This document shows, piece after piece, positions 8,112 through 18,934 of a DNA stretch of 64,000 nt (the stretch's first letter is position 1; each line of letters opens with the position of its first letter). The position numbers and the translations under genes are program-made. The notes beneath the pieces were generated by a model, which was given only the letters and a program-made list of their open reading frames with translations, ran no database searches and had not been told where the DNA came from. The stretch comes from an uncultured Spirochaetota bacterium (GTDB lineage Bacteria; Spirochaetota; Spirochaetia; SZUA-6; Fen-1364), in NCBI GenBank assembly GCA_963781885.1, contig CAWAHW010000001.1, positions 224,001 to 288,000 on the forward strand, read 5' to 3'.

Positions 8112-10424
8112 GTGACAGACAGCATCGACCTGTGCGGAGGCTGGGAGCTCCTCTTCGGACCGGAAGAGGCGCAGAATCCCGCCACATTCGCGGAAGCCGC
8201 AAAAAAGGGATGGCGGACGATCGAGGCAGAGGTGCCCGGCAACGTGGAGCTGGATCTCGTCCGCGCCGGCCTGGAAAAGGATCCCTTCTTCGGCACGAAC
8301 CTGTATCGTTTCCGAACCTACGAGTTCCACCAGTGGTGGCTGCGCAAAGTCTTCACCGCACCCGCCCGGCCCGCTCCCTCGTCGGATTACCTGCTGCGGC
8401 TGGAGGGCCTCAATACATACGGCACCATCTGGCTGAACGGCGTCGAGGTGGGGAAAACCGCCAACATGCTCGTCGAGCACGATTTCGACGTTTCGTCGAT
8501 TCTCGCGTGGGGGAAGCGCAACGAGCTCACAATCCGCATCGAGTCCCCGATGAACAAGGCGCGGGCGCGGCACTACCCCGTCCACGTCGTGGGAAACGAA
8601 TGGCGCGATGAGATGGTGGCGTTGCGGATGCCCGCGCACTCCTTCGGCTGGGACATCATGCCGCGTCTGCTCTCCGCGGGGCTCTGGAGGCCCATCCATA
8701 TCGATGCCCTGCCGCGGGACCGGCTCACCGATGTCTATTACGCCACTGCACGGCTCTCCGCCAAAGGGGCAGAGCTCGCCGTCCGCTACCGGTTTCAGGC
8801 AACGGATCCGCAAATCGCCGGCTACACGATCCGTCTCCGCGGCAACTGTGGAACGAGCGGCTTCGAGAAGACGGCCGTCGCGAGCTTCGTGTCCGGCGGT
8901 TTCGTCGTGAAGATCGCCGCGCCCGCGCTCTGGTGGCCGCGCGGCTACGGTGAGGCGAAGCTGTACGACGTCGAGCTTGCCCTGCTCAAGGACGGGAACG
9001 TCGTCGACGCGCGGCGCGAGCGCATCGGGATACGCAGGACGGCCATCGAGAGGCGCTACGAAGAAGGCGACGCGGGGGAGTTCAAGATCCTGATCAACGA
9101 CACGCCCATCATGGCGATGGGTTCCAACTGGGTTCCCCTGGATGCGCTGCACAGCAGGGACGCCGGGCGGCTGGCGCGCGTCTTCGAGCTGGTGAACGAC
9201 ACGGGGTGCAACATCCTGCGCTGCTGGGGCGGCAATGTCTACGAGGACCACGCCTTCTTCGACCTGTGCGATGAGAACGGGGTGATGGTCTGGCAGGATT
9301 TCAGCTTCGCCTGCGGGTCCTATCCCCAGGACGAAGGGTTCCTGCGGGAGGTTGCCGTTGAAGCGCGGGAGATCGTGCGCAAGCTGCGCAATCACCCCTC
9401 CCTTCTTCTGTGGGCCGGCGACAACGAGATCGACCAGACATTCCGCAATGTCGGCTACGACGAGCCGCACGCGCGCACGAACCGCATCTCGCGTGACGTC
9501 CTTCCCCAGGCGACGCGCGATCACGACCCCTACCGGCCGTACGTCGAGTCCTCGCCGTGCATTCCCTACGACGTGCAAAGCGAGTTTTCCGTCCCCGAGC
9601 AGCACAACTGGGGACCCCGCGACTATTTCAAGGGCGAGTTCTACCGGCATACCACGGCGCACTTCATCAGCGAGATCGGCTACCACGGGTGTCCCGCCGT
9701 CTCGTCGCTGGGGAAATTCATCCCGAAGGATCGTCTGTGGCCTATGCCTAACGACGAGTGGGACACGCACAATACCGCGTACGTTCCCTGGGAGCAAAGG
9801 GATTACAACAGGAACGTGCTGATGCGAAACCAGGTGCAGGCGCTCTTTGGCGAGGTGCCGGACAGCCTGGAAGACTTTGTGCTTGCATCGCAGATCTCGC
9901 AGGCGGAGGCGAAGAAGTTCTTCATCGAGATGGTCCGCGGCCGGAAATGGCGGCGCACGGGCATCATCTGGTGGAACCTCATGGACGGGTGGCCGCAGAT
10001 CTCCGATGCCGTGGTGGACTATTACCTCAACAGGAAGATTGCCTATCACTACATCACGCGGTGCCAGGCTCCGGTCCTCCTCATCATGCAGGAGCCCGAG
10101 AACTGGAAATACGAATGCATCGTCGACAACAACACCCTCGCGGACCACGTGGTCGAATGGACCATCGAAAACGGCGACACGGGGTCGCCGGTGGCCCGTG
10201 GAAGGACGCTCGCGCGTGCGAATGCCAACACCCCGGTCATGGCACTTCCCATGATCCCGAGCAGCCAGGAGTTTTTCATCATGCGCTGGACGGTGAACGG
10301 CGAGCCGCACGCGAATCACTACGTGGCGGGCGCCGCCCCCCTGGATTTCTCCCTGTATCGCAAGCGACTGGCGAGTATCGAGGCGCTGCCGGCAGCCTTC
10401 CACGTCAGCGACTGCATCCGGTAA
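8112..10424 (+). CDS. Glycoside hydrolase family 2, beta-mannosidase-like
   Basis: GTG start after GAAGGA; FGWDIMPRL, GSNWVP, LRCWGG, VWQDF, LRNHPSLLLWAGDNE, FISEIG. Confidence 0.93.
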   Translation: MTDSIDLCGGWELLFGPEEAQNPATFAEAAKKGWRTIEAEVPGNVELDLVRAGLEKDPFFGTNLYRFRTYEFHQWWLRKVFTAPARPAPSSDYLLRLEGLNTYGTIWLNGVEVGKTANMLVEHDFDVSSILAWGKRNELTIRIESPMNKARARHYPVHVVGNEWRDEMVALRMPAHSFGWDIMPRLLSAGLWRPIHIDALPRDRLTDVYYATARLSAKGAELAVRYRFQATDPQIAGYTIRLRGNCGTSGFEKTAVASFVSGGFVVKIAAPALWWPRGYGEAKLYDVELALLKDGNVVDARRERIGIRRTAIERRYEEGDAGEFKILINDTPIMAMGSNWVPLDALHSRDAGRLARVFELVNDTGCNILRCWGGNVYEDHAFFDLCDENGVMVWQDFSFACGSYPQDEGFLREVAVEAREIVRKLRNHPSLLLWAGDNEIDQTFRNVGYDEPHARTNRISRDVLPQATRDHDPYRPYVESSPCIPYDVQSEFSVPEQHNWGPRDYFKGEFYRHTTAHFISEIGYHGCPAVSSLGKFIPKDRLWPMPNDEWDTHNTAYVPWEQRDYNRNVLMRNQVQALFGEVPDSLEDFVLASQISQAEAKKFFIEMVRGRKWRRTGIIWWNLMDGWPQISDAVVDYYLNRKIAYHYITRCQAPVLLIMQEPENWKYECIVDNNTLADHVVEWTIENGDTGSPVARGRTLARANANTPVMALPMIPSSQEFFIMRWTVNGEPHANHYVAGAAPLDFSLYRKRLASIEALPAAFHVSDCIR

Positions 10425-10455
10425 TGATCCCGGCATCGACAAGAGGAGCTCATCA

Positions 10456-12597
10456 ATGATGACGGTGCACATGATCGGCAACGCGCATCTCGACCCGGTG
10501 TGGCTCTGGCGTTGGCCCTCCGGTGTCGCGGAAGCCCTCGCCACCTGCAGGACCGCCTGTGATCTGCTGGACGCCTATCCGCAGTTCATCTTCACACGGT
10601 CCGACGTCTGGGTGTACGAGCGCATCGAAGAGCTCGACCCGGGCCTTTTCGCGCGCGTCAGGCGTCACATGGAATCGGGCCGGTGGGCGGTCGTCGGCGG
10701 GTGGTACATACAGCCCGACTGCAACTTCCCCCGCGAGGAATCGTTTCGACGGCACATGGAGACGGGGAGGCGTTTCGGGGAGAAGCTCGGGCTTCCGCCG
10801 GTCACCGTGGGCTACAATGTCGACAGCTTCGGGCACGCCGGCTCGCTGCCCCGGCTCCTCGCGGAGCACGGCTACGACAGCTACGTCATGATGCGTCCCA
10901 AGCAGGAGGAGAAACAGCTTCCGACCACCCTCTTTCGCTGGCGCTCGGACGAGGAGGCGGGGGGGGTACGGGAGGTGCTCACGTGGCGCATCCCTGCCAG
11001 CTATTGCTCCTCCGACGACGGCATGACGCCGGACGTGGAGGCCGTCCTGGCGGCGGCGACCCCCGGCGTGGACCACGTGATGTGTTTCTACGGCGTGGGC
11101 GATCACGGCGGGGGACCCACTCGCGCGCACATCGAATGGATACTCGCCAACCAGGACGCGTTTCCCGGCGCCCGGCTCGTCTTTTCCCATCCCCGCGCAT
11201 TCTTCGATGCGGTTGCCTCCAGCCGGGAGAAGCTGCCGGTCGTGACCGGGGAGCTGCAACATCACGCCATCGGCTGCTACAGCGTCGAGCACCGGCTGAA
11301 AAAGGCAGTCCGCGCCGCGGAGCATGGCCTCCACATGGCACAGGCGGCCGTGGAAGCATTTCCCGCGGACTCTCCCGCGGGCGCCCGGGAGATGATCGAC
11401 CGTGCGTGGAACAAGACACTCTTCAACCAGTTCCACGACATCCATGGCGGCGCGAGCATTCCCGCCGCGGGCGATGACGCGCTGGCCCAGCTCGGCGGCG
11501 CGCGCGACAGCGCGGATTCGATCGCCTATTCCACGCTCTTCCGCCACGCGGCGGACCTTCCGCCCTCCCGCGACCAGATCATGTGGGTCTTCAATGCATC
11601 GGACCAGCCATTCGAAGGCTACATCCATTGGGAGCCCTGGGTGGGCTGGAAAGACTTCAGCGGACAGGTGAGGGATGGCGACGGCCGGCAGGTCCCGTTC
11701 CAGGTCCTGCCCGCCGCTTCGATCACCTGGCTCTGGGGCTCGCTCCTGTGGCCGGCATCGCTTCAACCGCGCCAGCTCAAGCCCTTCCTGATCGCGAAAG
11801 ACCCGGTGAGAGAGGCTTTTGCCACGGATCTTTCAACGGGGTCCGCAGCGGTCTCCAACAGCTTCTGGGAAATACGCGGGGGAAAAGACGCGCAGCTCGC
11901 TTCTTTCAGGTCTCTGACGGGCAAACGCGGCGCAACGGGGCCCGAAGGGCTCGCCGTCCTTGTGCGCGACGATCAGAGCGATACCTGGTCCCACGGAATC
12001 GACCGCTATGCCGGCGCGCTCATCGGACGCTTTACAGTGCGGGCCGTCGTGATCGAAGAAAAAGGCCCCCTGCGTGCGAGCATGCGGGTGGACGCGCTGC
12101 TCGGATCGAGCGCCCTCTCCCTGTGGATGCGCCTGTACAGAAACGATCCGCGCATCGAGATGGAGCTTCGGCTGGACTGGCGGGAGAAGGCGCGCGTTGC
12201 GAAGCTCCTTCTCCCGCTGGATGCACCGGTCATCAAGCGGGTGGACGGCATTCCGGGCGGCGGCGCGCGGCGGCCGCAGGATGGCAGGGAATGTCCGCTT
12301 GTCGATTGGACCCTGGCCCAATTTTCCGATGCATCAAGCGTGGGGATCGCCTCCCCTGACTGCTCGGCTCTCGACGGGGCAGGAAATACAATCGGGTTCA
12401 CGCTCGTGCGGTCCCCGGCATTCGCATGGCATTTCCCCACGCCGCTTCCCGTCGATCGTATCTACCGATTCACCGACCAGGGCGAGCACGTCTTCCGATT
12501 CACGCTGCTGCCCGGCGCGGACACGCAAACGCTCGACAGGATCGCTTTGGCCGCGCATCGGCCGCCGCTTTGCATCGATTCGACAAGGGGAATGTGA
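10456..12597 (+). CDS. Glycoside hydrolase family 38 alpha-mannosidase
   Basis: NAHLDPVWLWRW, DSFGH, GVGDHGGGPT, NQFHDI. Confidence 0.95.
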   Translation: MMTVHMIGNAHLDPVWLWRWPSGVAEALATCRTACDLLDAYPQFIFTRSDVWVYERIEELDPGLFARVRRHMESGRWAVVGGWYIQPDCNFPREESFRRHMETGRRFGEKLGLPPVTVGYNVDSFGHAGSLPRLLAEHGYDSYVMMRPKQEEKQLPTTLFRWRSDEEAGGVREVLTWRIPASYCSSDDGMTPDVEAVLAAATPGVDHVMCFYGVGDHGGGPTRAHIEWILANQDAFPGARLVFSHPRAFFDAVASSREKLPVVTGELQHHAIGCYSVEHRLKKAVRAAEHGLHMAQAAVEAFPADSPAGAREMIDRAWNKTLFNQFHDIHGGASIPAAGDDALAQLGGARDSADSIAYSTLFRHAADLPPSRDQIMWVFNASDQPFEGYIHWEPWVGWKDFSGQVRDGDGRQVPFQVLPAASITWLWGSLLWPASLQPRQLKPFLIAKDPVREAFATDLSTGSAAVSNSFWEIRGGKDAQLASFRSLTGKRGATGPEGLAVLVRDDQSDTWSHGIDRYAGALIGRFTVRAVVIEEKGPLRASMRVDALLGSSALSLWMRLYRNDPRIEMELRLDWREKARVAKLLLPLDAPVIKRVDGIPGGGARRPQDGRECPLVDWTLAQFSDASSVGIASPDCSALDGAGNTIGFTLVRSPAFAWHFPTPLPVDRIYRFTDQGEHVFRFTLLPGADTQTLDRIALAAHRPPLCIDSTRGM

Positions 12598-12638
12598 GAA
12601 GCGGGGACCGGGAAAGTGCGGACCCTTCCGCCGGCATT

Positions 12639-12917
12639 TCAGGCAGGCAGCCGCGAGGCCTCGTATTCCAACTTCAGCACCAGATGATCGAGCTTGTCGA
12701 GCTTCTGAGTGCGGGATTTTTCCTGAATGCTTTGCAGGGAAGGCAAAACGGTCTGGGTGTAGCGATGGACGGCCGCGCGCGCTTTTTCCATGGAACTGGC
12801 TCCCGAGGCCTCGTTGACGTAGGCGATGATGAGTTTTTTGCTTGTTGTAGGCAATTCTGACTTGTTCAGATGCTCGACCACCGCAAAAATCGCCAGGAGA
12901 TAGCTCATTTCACCCAC
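12639..12917 (-). CDS. Hypothetical protein
   Basis: 92-aa ORF with protein-like helical composition in an otherwise empty gap. Confidence 0.6.
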   Translation of the reverse strand: MGEMSYLLAIFAVVEHLNKSELPTTSKKLIIAYVNEASGASSMEKARAAVHRYTQTVLPSLQSIQEKSRTQKLDKLDHLVLKLEYEASRLPA

Positions 12918-13005
12918 GTTATCGCCTGCCCAGCATGCTACGCGGGGGCCATCCCGCTGTCAAGAAAGCACGTCGGAAGCCTCCGCGGTGCCCGGATTCT
13001 TTCTC

Positions 13006-13034
13006 TTGACGGCACCCCTTCTTTCATATATGAT
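13006..13034 (+). promoter_or_regulatory. Sigma70-type promoter upstream of the RRM gene
   Basis: TTGACG (13006-13011), 17-bp spacer, TATGAT (13029-13034). Confidence 0.7.
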
Positions 13035-13394
13035 TCACAACGTATTCGGGCGCTCTTGGGATGGTTTCGTTGAAACAGGACTGACTGGCGCAGGAATACC
13101 GCGTTCTTGAGGACTGGCGCGCGGAGAGATGATCTGGCACACGCGGGATTGCATCTGATTCGATGAATGCCGCCCAGGGGTGAATCTGGAAGAATCTCGA
13201 GTGGTCGAATTACTGGCCCATAAAGTAATCCCTTCCCTTCGAATCAATTCATTTCCCCCCGTTTCGACAAGCCGCAGATATTGCCCGACCGTGCCGCATG
13301 CCGAGTCGACAGGGGCGTCGTGAGTCTGTCGTCGACAGGCTCTGCTTACATCTAGGGAAGCGGGGGAAAGCCCCGCTCGAAAAGGGGGATCGAC

Positions 13395-13694
13395 ATGGCA
13401 AAGAAAATCTATGTCGGCAACATGAACTATAACACGAGCGAGGACACGCTCCGGCAGCTCTTCGCCCAGTACGGCGAGGTGGTGTCCGTCAACGTGATCA
13501 CCGACCGTTACACCGGCCGCGCAAAGGGCTTCGGCTTCGTCGAGATGGCGTCGGAAGACGCCGCCCGCGCCGCCATGACCGCCCTGAACGGCAGGGAGCT
13601 CGACGGCCGGCAGCTGAAGGTCAACGAAGCGAACGACAAGCCTCGCGACAGCAACCGCAGCAGCGGCGGCGGCGGAAAGAGCCGCTACTACTAG
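13395..13694 (+). CDS. RRM RNA-binding protein (RbpA-like)
   Basis: RNP2 IYVGNM, RNP1 KGFGFVEM, Gly-rich tail. Confidence 0.97.
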   Translation: MAKKIYVGNMNYNTSEDTLRQLFAQYGEVVSVNVITDRYTGRAKGFGFVEMASEDAARAAMTALNGRELDGRQLKVNEANDKPRDSNRSSGGGGKSRYY

Positions 13695-13710
13695 GCCCTT
13701 GTCCGAAACA

Positions 13711-13760
13711 GGGAGGCGTGGGTCCGGATGCACGTCCGGGCCGCGCCTCCCTTTTCTCTT
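13711..13760 (+). terminator. Rho-independent terminator
   Basis: GGGAGGCG...CGCCTCCC stem followed by TTTTCTCTT. Confidence 0.7.
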
Positions 13761-13818
13761 CCGCCTTCTCCCGTTGATTCATGCCCGCGCACGGGGAGTA
13801 CGCAGAGAGGAGGACCTC

Positions 13819-14067
13819 ATGGGCAGATCGCCGTATCAGAGCGAAAAGCGCCGCAAGGAGCTCGCCCGTCTGAAGAAACAGGAAGAAAAAAGGCAGCGCC
13901 GGTTCAACAAGAAACACGAGGGCGAGCCGGGAAGCACGGCGGACGACGGGACCCCGGGGGAAACCCTGGAGCCCGGCGAACAGCCTGCTGACGCCGCTTC
14001 ACCCGATGCAGCACCGACGGGCCCCGCTCCCGCAGAGGGAGAAACCGGGACCGAAAGACCTTCCTGA
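13819..14067 (+). CDS. Small charged hypothetical protein
   Basis: GGAGGA RBS; SEKRRKELARLKKQEEKRQRR basic N-terminus and acidic disordered tail. Confidence 0.75.
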   Translation: MGRSPYQSEKRRKELARLKKQEEKRQRRFNKKHEGEPGSTADDGTPGETLEPGEQPADAASPDAAPTGPAPAEGETGTERPS

Positions 14068-14182
14068 AAAAGTGATGACCTGAAAGCGGCAGCGCGCTCT
14101 GCCCGGTTTGGCAGCGTGCGCGGGCCGCGCGTCCGACATCCGCCTCCCCCATCGCTCTATTCTTCCTGATGCCACGATTCTT

Positions 14183-15919
14183 TCAGGCACCTTTTTTTTC
14201 GATGCGTGCCCAGGTGTCCTTCAGCGACACGGTGCGGTTGAGAACGAGCGCGCCGGGACGGGCGTCCGGGTCGACGGAGAAATAGCCCAGCCGCTCGAAT
14301 TGAAACCTTTGCCCCGGGGTGGCCCCTTGGAGCCCGGGCTCCAGGCGCGCGGCGTCCAGGACCTCCAGGGATGCCGGGTTGATCGTGTCCTTCCAGTCCA
14401 CCCCTGGTGCGACCTCCTGGGGAAAGTCCGACAGGAAAAGATGGTCATAGAGACGCACTTCTGCCGACAGGGCATGAGCAGCGGAGACCCAGTGTATCGT
14501 CGCCTTCACCTTGCGATTGTCCGCCGCGTTTCCCCCCCGGGTCGCCGGGTCGTAGGTGCAGAGGACCTCGACCACCTGGCCGGTGGAGGGGTCCTTGCGT
14601 ACGCCCGTGCACGTGACGATGTAGCCGTAGCGCAGCCGCACCTGGTTGCCCGGGAAAAGCCGGTAATACTTCGGCGGCGGCGCCTCGCGGAAATCGTCCT
14701 GCTCGATGAAAAGCTCGCCCGAGAAGGGGATCCGGCGCGTGCCCGCCGCGGGATCTTCGGGGTTGTTCACCGCCTCGAGCTCCTCCACGCGGCCGGCGGG
14801 CCAGTTCTGGATCACGAGCTTCAGCGGCCGGAGCACCGCCATGGCACGCAGGCAGCGGCGGTTGAGATCCTCGCGCAAACAGTGTTCCAGGAGCGCGATG
14901 TCGACCGTGCTCACGGTCTTCGACATGCCCACGCGCGAGATGAAGTCCCGGATGGCTTCGGGCGTGTAGCCGCGCCGGCGAAGCCCGACCAGCGTCGGCA
15001 TCCGCGGGTCGTCCCAGCCGCGGACCCTGCCGTCCTTCACCAGCTCCAGCAACCACCGTTTGCTCATCACCATGTGGGTGACATTCAGCCGCGCGAACTC
15101 GATCTGCCGGCTGTGGAAGATGCCGAGGTTCTCCAGGAACCAGTCGTACAGCGGACGATGGATCTCGTACTCCATGCTGCACAGGGAATGCGTGACCCCC
15201 TCGATGGAGTCGGAGAGCGGATGCTGGTAGTCGTACATCGGGTAGATGCACCACGCATCGCCCGTGCGGTGGTGCGCGGCGTGGCGGATGCGGTACATCA
15301 CCGGATCACGCATGTGGAGGTTGGGATGGGCCATGTCGATCTTTGCGCGTAGCGTCCGGGCGCCGTCGGGAAACTCGCCGGCGCGCATCCGGCGGAAAAG
15401 GTCCAGGTTCTCCGCCACGCTGCGGTCCCGCCACGGGCTGTTGCGCCCGGGGGGCGTCATGGTAATGGGGCCCTTGTCGGCCACGTCCGTCCCCCGATAC
15501 TCGCGGATCTCCTGCTCGCTCAGGTCGCAGACGTACGCCTTGCCTGCCGTGATGAGCTGTTCCGCCCAGGAGTAGAGCTGCTCGAAGTAGTCGGAGGCAA
15601 AGAGCTCCTTGCCCCCCCAGGTGAAGCCCAGCCAGCGCACGTCCGCGGTGATCGCATCGACGTACTCCTGCTCCTCTTTCTCGGGGTTCGTGTCGTCGAA
15701 ACGGAAGTTGCAGTTCCCGCCGAACTCCGCGGCGATGCCGAAGTCGAGGCAGAATGCCTTTGCATGCCCGATATGCAGGTACCCATTAGGCTCGGGGGGC
15801 CAGCGCGTCCGCACGTAGGTGAAGCGGCCTTCTGCGAGATCCTGTTCGACGGCGTCGCGAATGAAGTCCGAGGGCGCGGCCCTCTCAGGCCCGGACGCGG
15901 GATTTGCGGGATCGGTCAC
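14183..15919 (-). CDS. glnS: Glutamine--tRNA ligase
   Basis: [17 protein letters not shown] (HIGH), [20 protein letters not shown]; GTG start with AAGGAG RBS. Confidence 0.97.
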   Translation of the reverse strand: MTDPANPASGPERAAPSDFIRDAVEQDLAEGRFTYVRTRWPPEPNGYLHIGHAKAFCLDFGIAAEFGGNCNFRFDDTNPEKEEQEYVDAITADVRWLGFTWGGKELFASDYFEQLYSWAEQLITAGKAYVCDLSEQEIREYRGTDVADKGPITMTPPGRNSPWRDRSVAENLDLFRRMRAGEFPDGARTLRAKIDMAHPNLHMRDPVMYRIRHAAHHRTGDAWCIYPMYDYQHPLSDSIEGVTHSLCSMEYEIHRPLYDWFLENLGIFHSRQIEFARLNVTHMVMSKRWLLELVKDGRVRGWDDPRMPTLVGLRRRGYTPEAIRDFISRVGMSKTVSTVDIALLEHCLREDLNRRCLRAMAVLRPLKLVIQNWPAGRVEELEAVNNPEDPAAGTRRIPFSGELFIEQDDFREAPPPKYYRLFPGNQVRLRYGYIVTCTGVRKDPSTGQVVEVLCTYDPATRGGNAADNRKVKATIHWVSAAHALSAEVRLYDHLFLSDFPQEVAPGVDWKDTINPASLEVLDAARLEPGLQGATPGQRFQFERLGYFSVDPDARPGALVLNRTVSLKDTWARIEKKGA

Positions 15920-16111
15920 GTGATTCTCCTTCCGCCGCGCTTCAGAGGCGCGGTTGCGCCACTGTGGGCCGGGTGGCGGGCAGGTGTCAAGTTGCGCGGC
16001 ACGGTCCGCGTGCAATTGATTCATTGCTTTCCGGCCGGGCGCACACGCATATTATGGATACATCCCGGACGGACAATCGATTCGGCACGCATTGCAGCGC
16101 AGGAGGAATGA

Positions 16112-16423
16112 ATGGCGAAAAGTATCGATCAGGCGAAAATCGACGAGGCACTGGAGCTCCTCAACGAGGTGGCCAAGGGCAAAGAGGCCGAGCTGAAGAG
16201 GATGATCTCCGAAAAATACGGCAACCTGAAGTCAGCCTTCGGCGGGATTGCCGAAAAGATCGAGCACCGGGCGCATGACACCTATGAGCAGGGCAAGGAA
16301 AAGGCCGAGGAAATGGCATCCCGCGTGGACGGCAGCGTGCGGAAAAATCCCTGGCCCTTTCTCGGCGGCACGGCGATCGGGTTCCTGATCCTCGGATACC
16401 TCTTCGGCAGGTCAAGGAAATAG
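16112..16423 (+). CDS. DUF883/ElaB-YqjD-like tail-anchored membrane protein
   Basis: Helical charged body; VRKNPW followed by a C-terminal TM helix GFLILGYLFGRSRK. Confidence 0.85.
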   Translation: MAKSIDQAKIDEALELLNEVAKGKEAELKRMISEKYGNLKSAFGGIAEKIEHRAHDTYEQGKEKAEEMASRVDGSVRKNPWPFLGGTAIGFLILGYLFGRSRK

Positions 16424-16435
16424 CGGCGCCCCGCC

Positions 16436-16798
16436 ATGAGCTTCTGGAAAGATCTGCTGGACACGGTGCTGGGCCTGACGCTGGGAAAGGTTTTCGCGGT
16501 CCTCAAGATACGGGGTGCCCTTCTTTACGTCGACGTCATCAAGAAGGCCCGTCTGGTGACGTTGCTGGCCTGCCTCCTGATTCTCTGCGTCGTCGTTCTT
16601 GCCTGCGGTTTCCTCCTGGTCCCCATCGCGCTCTGCCTCTTCATGCCCTGGGCTCCTGAGACGAAAGCGATCGTTGCCCTCTCCTTTGGCGTGGCGTACG
16701 TCATTGTCCCGCTCATCGCGGTGCTCATTCTGCTTTCGAAAAAACGCTGGATGAAGATGTCACGCGCCTCGCAGTTGCTGAAAGCAGCCCTGAAGTAG
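16436..16798 (+). CDS. Two-TM membrane protein (partner of ElaB-like gene)
   Basis: Two hydrophobic segments; directly follows the DUF883-like gene. Confidence 0.7.
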   Translation: MSFWKDLLDTVLGLTLGKVFAVLKIRGALLYVDVIKKARLVTLLACLLILCVVVLACGFLLVPIALCLFMPWAPETKAIVALSFGVAYVIVPLIAVLILLSKKRWMKMSRASQLLKAALK

Positions 16799-16837
16799 AG
16801 GGCATCGGCCCACGTCAGCCCGCGCGAGCGTCTGCTG

Positions 16838-17620
16838 CTACTCTTCCGCCCGCATCGGCAGCCATTCCAGGACGCGTTGGATCGAGGCATCCCAATAGCC
16901 CCATTCATGCCTGCCCGGGGATTCTTCATACGTAAGAGGGACCCCGAGCGCCCGGGCATGATTCCGGAAATGGAGGTTCCCCGCGTGGAGGAAATCCTCC
17001 GTGCCGCAGCACTGGTACAGGGCCGGCAATTCGACACCGGCGGATACTGCAGCGGCCAGTCTTGCGCAAAGATCATTCGGCCCGGCTTTGAAGGTCTTCG
17101 GGCTGCCGAATATACGCTCCATTTCGCGTCCGAGCTCCGTGCCGGGTGCAAAGTCCGGGTCCTCTCGGAATCGCTCCTCCATATCCAGCGCTCCGGAGAG
17201 GCTTGCGGCGGCCGCATAGAGACCCGGGTTCCCAAGGGCGAGCGAGAGAGCACCGTAGCCGCCCATGGAAAGGCCGGCAACGAATGTGTCTTCACGTCGC
17301 GGCGAGAGCCGGAAAAAGCCTCGTGCCAGGGCAGGCAGCTCGTGCGCGAAGAACTCCCCATAGCGCGGCCCGTTGCGCGCGTCGACGTAGAAACCGCGGC
17401 CCGTCGTCGCCATGACCACGGCGATCTTCCTCCTGTCCGCGTATCGCTCGATGGATGTCCAACGGGTCCAGGCGGTGTGGTCATCCGAGAGACCGTGCAG
17501 AAGATAGAGCGTCGGCCAGAGACGGTCCGGCGGAGAGGCGGGATCCTGGGGGATGATGACATCCATGACGGTCTGGATGCGGAGAACCTCGGACCAGAAG
17601 TGGACATTGAAAAGCGCCAC
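16838..17620 (-). CDS. Alpha/beta-hydrolase esterase (tributyrin esterase/FrmB-like)
   Basis: LYLLHGLSDD, GLSMGG nucleophile elbow, CGTEDFL, GRHEWGYW. Confidence 0.93.
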   Translation of the reverse strand: MALFNVHFWSEVLRIQTVMDVIIPQDPASPPDRLWPTLYLLHGLSDDHTAWTRWTSIERYADRRKIAVVMATTGRGFYVDARNGPRYGEFFAHELPALARGFFRLSPRREDTFVAGLSMGGYGALSLALGNPGLYAAAASLSGALDMEERFREDPDFAPGTELGREMERIFGSPKTFKAGPNDLCARLAAAVSAGVELPALYQCCGTEDFLHAGNLHFRNHARALGVPLTYEESPGRHEWGYWDASIQRVLEWLPMRAEE

Positions 17621-17773
17621 GTGACCCCTCCCGATTTCGAATGGATGCGCGGATCATACCGATGCAGCCGCTTCGATTCTATGGCCCTTCACGGATTTTT
17701 TACCTGCGCGTGACAGTTCCGTGACACCTGCGCACCACCTTGTATGCGTGAACGATGAAGGAGGATACCGACG

Positions 17774-18862
17774 ATGAATACCCGACCGATCGTACGCGAG
17801 CTCGACGCGCTGATGGCGAAAAACGCCGATGCCTACTACCCCGGCAAGACGCTGGCAGACTGGTTCTCGGCCGCGGGAGACCTCGAGCTCTGGCGGATCA
17901 ATACGCATGCCCTGGCGGCGACGCTCAGCGTGGACCGCACCCGGCTCCTGACGACGTTCGTCCGGCTCGTGAAGGACGGGGTGCTGGACCTCAACTGGGA
18001 CTACCATTGCACTGAATGCAATGCGGTGGCAGGCTCCCATCGGCATTTGAGCGAAGCAACCGCGGGCAATCACTGCCCCCTGTGCAACGTGGATTTCCGC
18101 AACACGCTGGACCGGAACGTCGAGGTGACGTTCACCCCTGCTGTGCGGCTGTGGTCGGTCTCCAAGGGATTCCTCGCGGAGCAGACCCGGCAGACCGTCG
18201 AGCTTCATGCAAAGAAGGCCATCAGGCTCCCCGCGACATTCGTGTCCGGCATGGATTGCCTCCACGTCCCTCTCTTCCGCGAGATATTCGAGACGGAGAC
18301 CCTCTCCTTCCGGGAAAGCCTGCAGGTGGGCCAGGTCTGCATCATGTTCACCGACATCAAGGGCTCCACGGCCCTGTACGAGAAGCGCGGCGATTCCGCG
18401 GCCTACGGGCTGATCCGGGACCATTTCGACATCCTCTTCCGTATGGTCGAGCAGAACGACGGCGTCATCGTCAAGACGATCGGCGACTCCGTGATGGCCT
18501 CCTTCAAGAGGCCGGTCGACGGCGTGGCGGCGGCTCTTGCGATCCAGAAGGCATTCGCCGCGTTCAACCGGCGCGAGAATCTCCGCGACCAGATACTCGT
18601 GAAGATCGGCCTGCACGCGGGCGCCACCATCATGGTGAATCTCAACAATCGGCTGGACTATTTCGGACAGGTCGTCAATATCGCCGCGCGGATCCAGGGC
18701 ACCGCGGAAGGCGGCGACATCGTGATCTCCTCCGAGATCCGCAAGGACCCCGCGTCCGTCCAGCGCATGCGGGGCGCGGTCAGGGGTCTCGCGAAGCGCT
18801 TTGAAAACCTCAAGGGAATCACCGAAGCGAAGGAGGTCTACAGCCTCACGTTCGCTTCCTGA
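17774..18862 (+). CDS. Class III adenylate/guanylate cyclase with N-terminal DUF5939-like Cys domain
   Basis: MFTDIKGST, VKTIGDSVMA, DYFGQVVNIAARIQ; N-terminal CxxC pairs (HCTEC, HCPLC). Confidence 0.92.
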   Translation: MNTRPIVRELDALMAKNADAYYPGKTLADWFSAAGDLELWRINTHALAATLSVDRTRLLTTFVRLVKDGVLDLNWDYHCTECNAVAGSHRHLSEATAGNHCPLCNVDFRNTLDRNVEVTFTPAVRLWSVSKGFLAEQTRQTVELHAKKAIRLPATFVSGMDCLHVPLFREIFETETLSFRESLQVGQVCIMFTDIKGSTALYEKRGDSAAYGLIRDHFDILFRMVEQNDGVIVKTIGDSVMASFKRPVDGVAAALAIQKAFAAFNRRENLRDQILVKIGLHAGATIMVNLNNRLDYFGQVVNIAARIQGTAEGGDIVISSEIRKDPASVQRMRGAVRGLAKRFENLKGITEAKEVYSLTFAS

Positions 18863-18934
18863 TCGGGGAAGGCTGCTTTCCGGCTGCGGACGAGGCGCGG
18901 CCGTGCTATACTTCTCCGCGGAATCAGGGGCTCT

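Noticed and set aside
8025-10544. Long antisense or alternate-frame ORFs (also 170-1306, 34223-36784, 34359-36452, 44065-46365, 57818-60097)
   Set aside because: Shadow ORFs expected in high-GC DNA; they overlap genes with clear family motifs and have none of their own.
13035-13733. 232-aa minus-strand ORF across the RRM gene and its leader
   Set aside because: Typical antisense shadow of an RRM gene; promoter, RBS and terminator all support the + strand.
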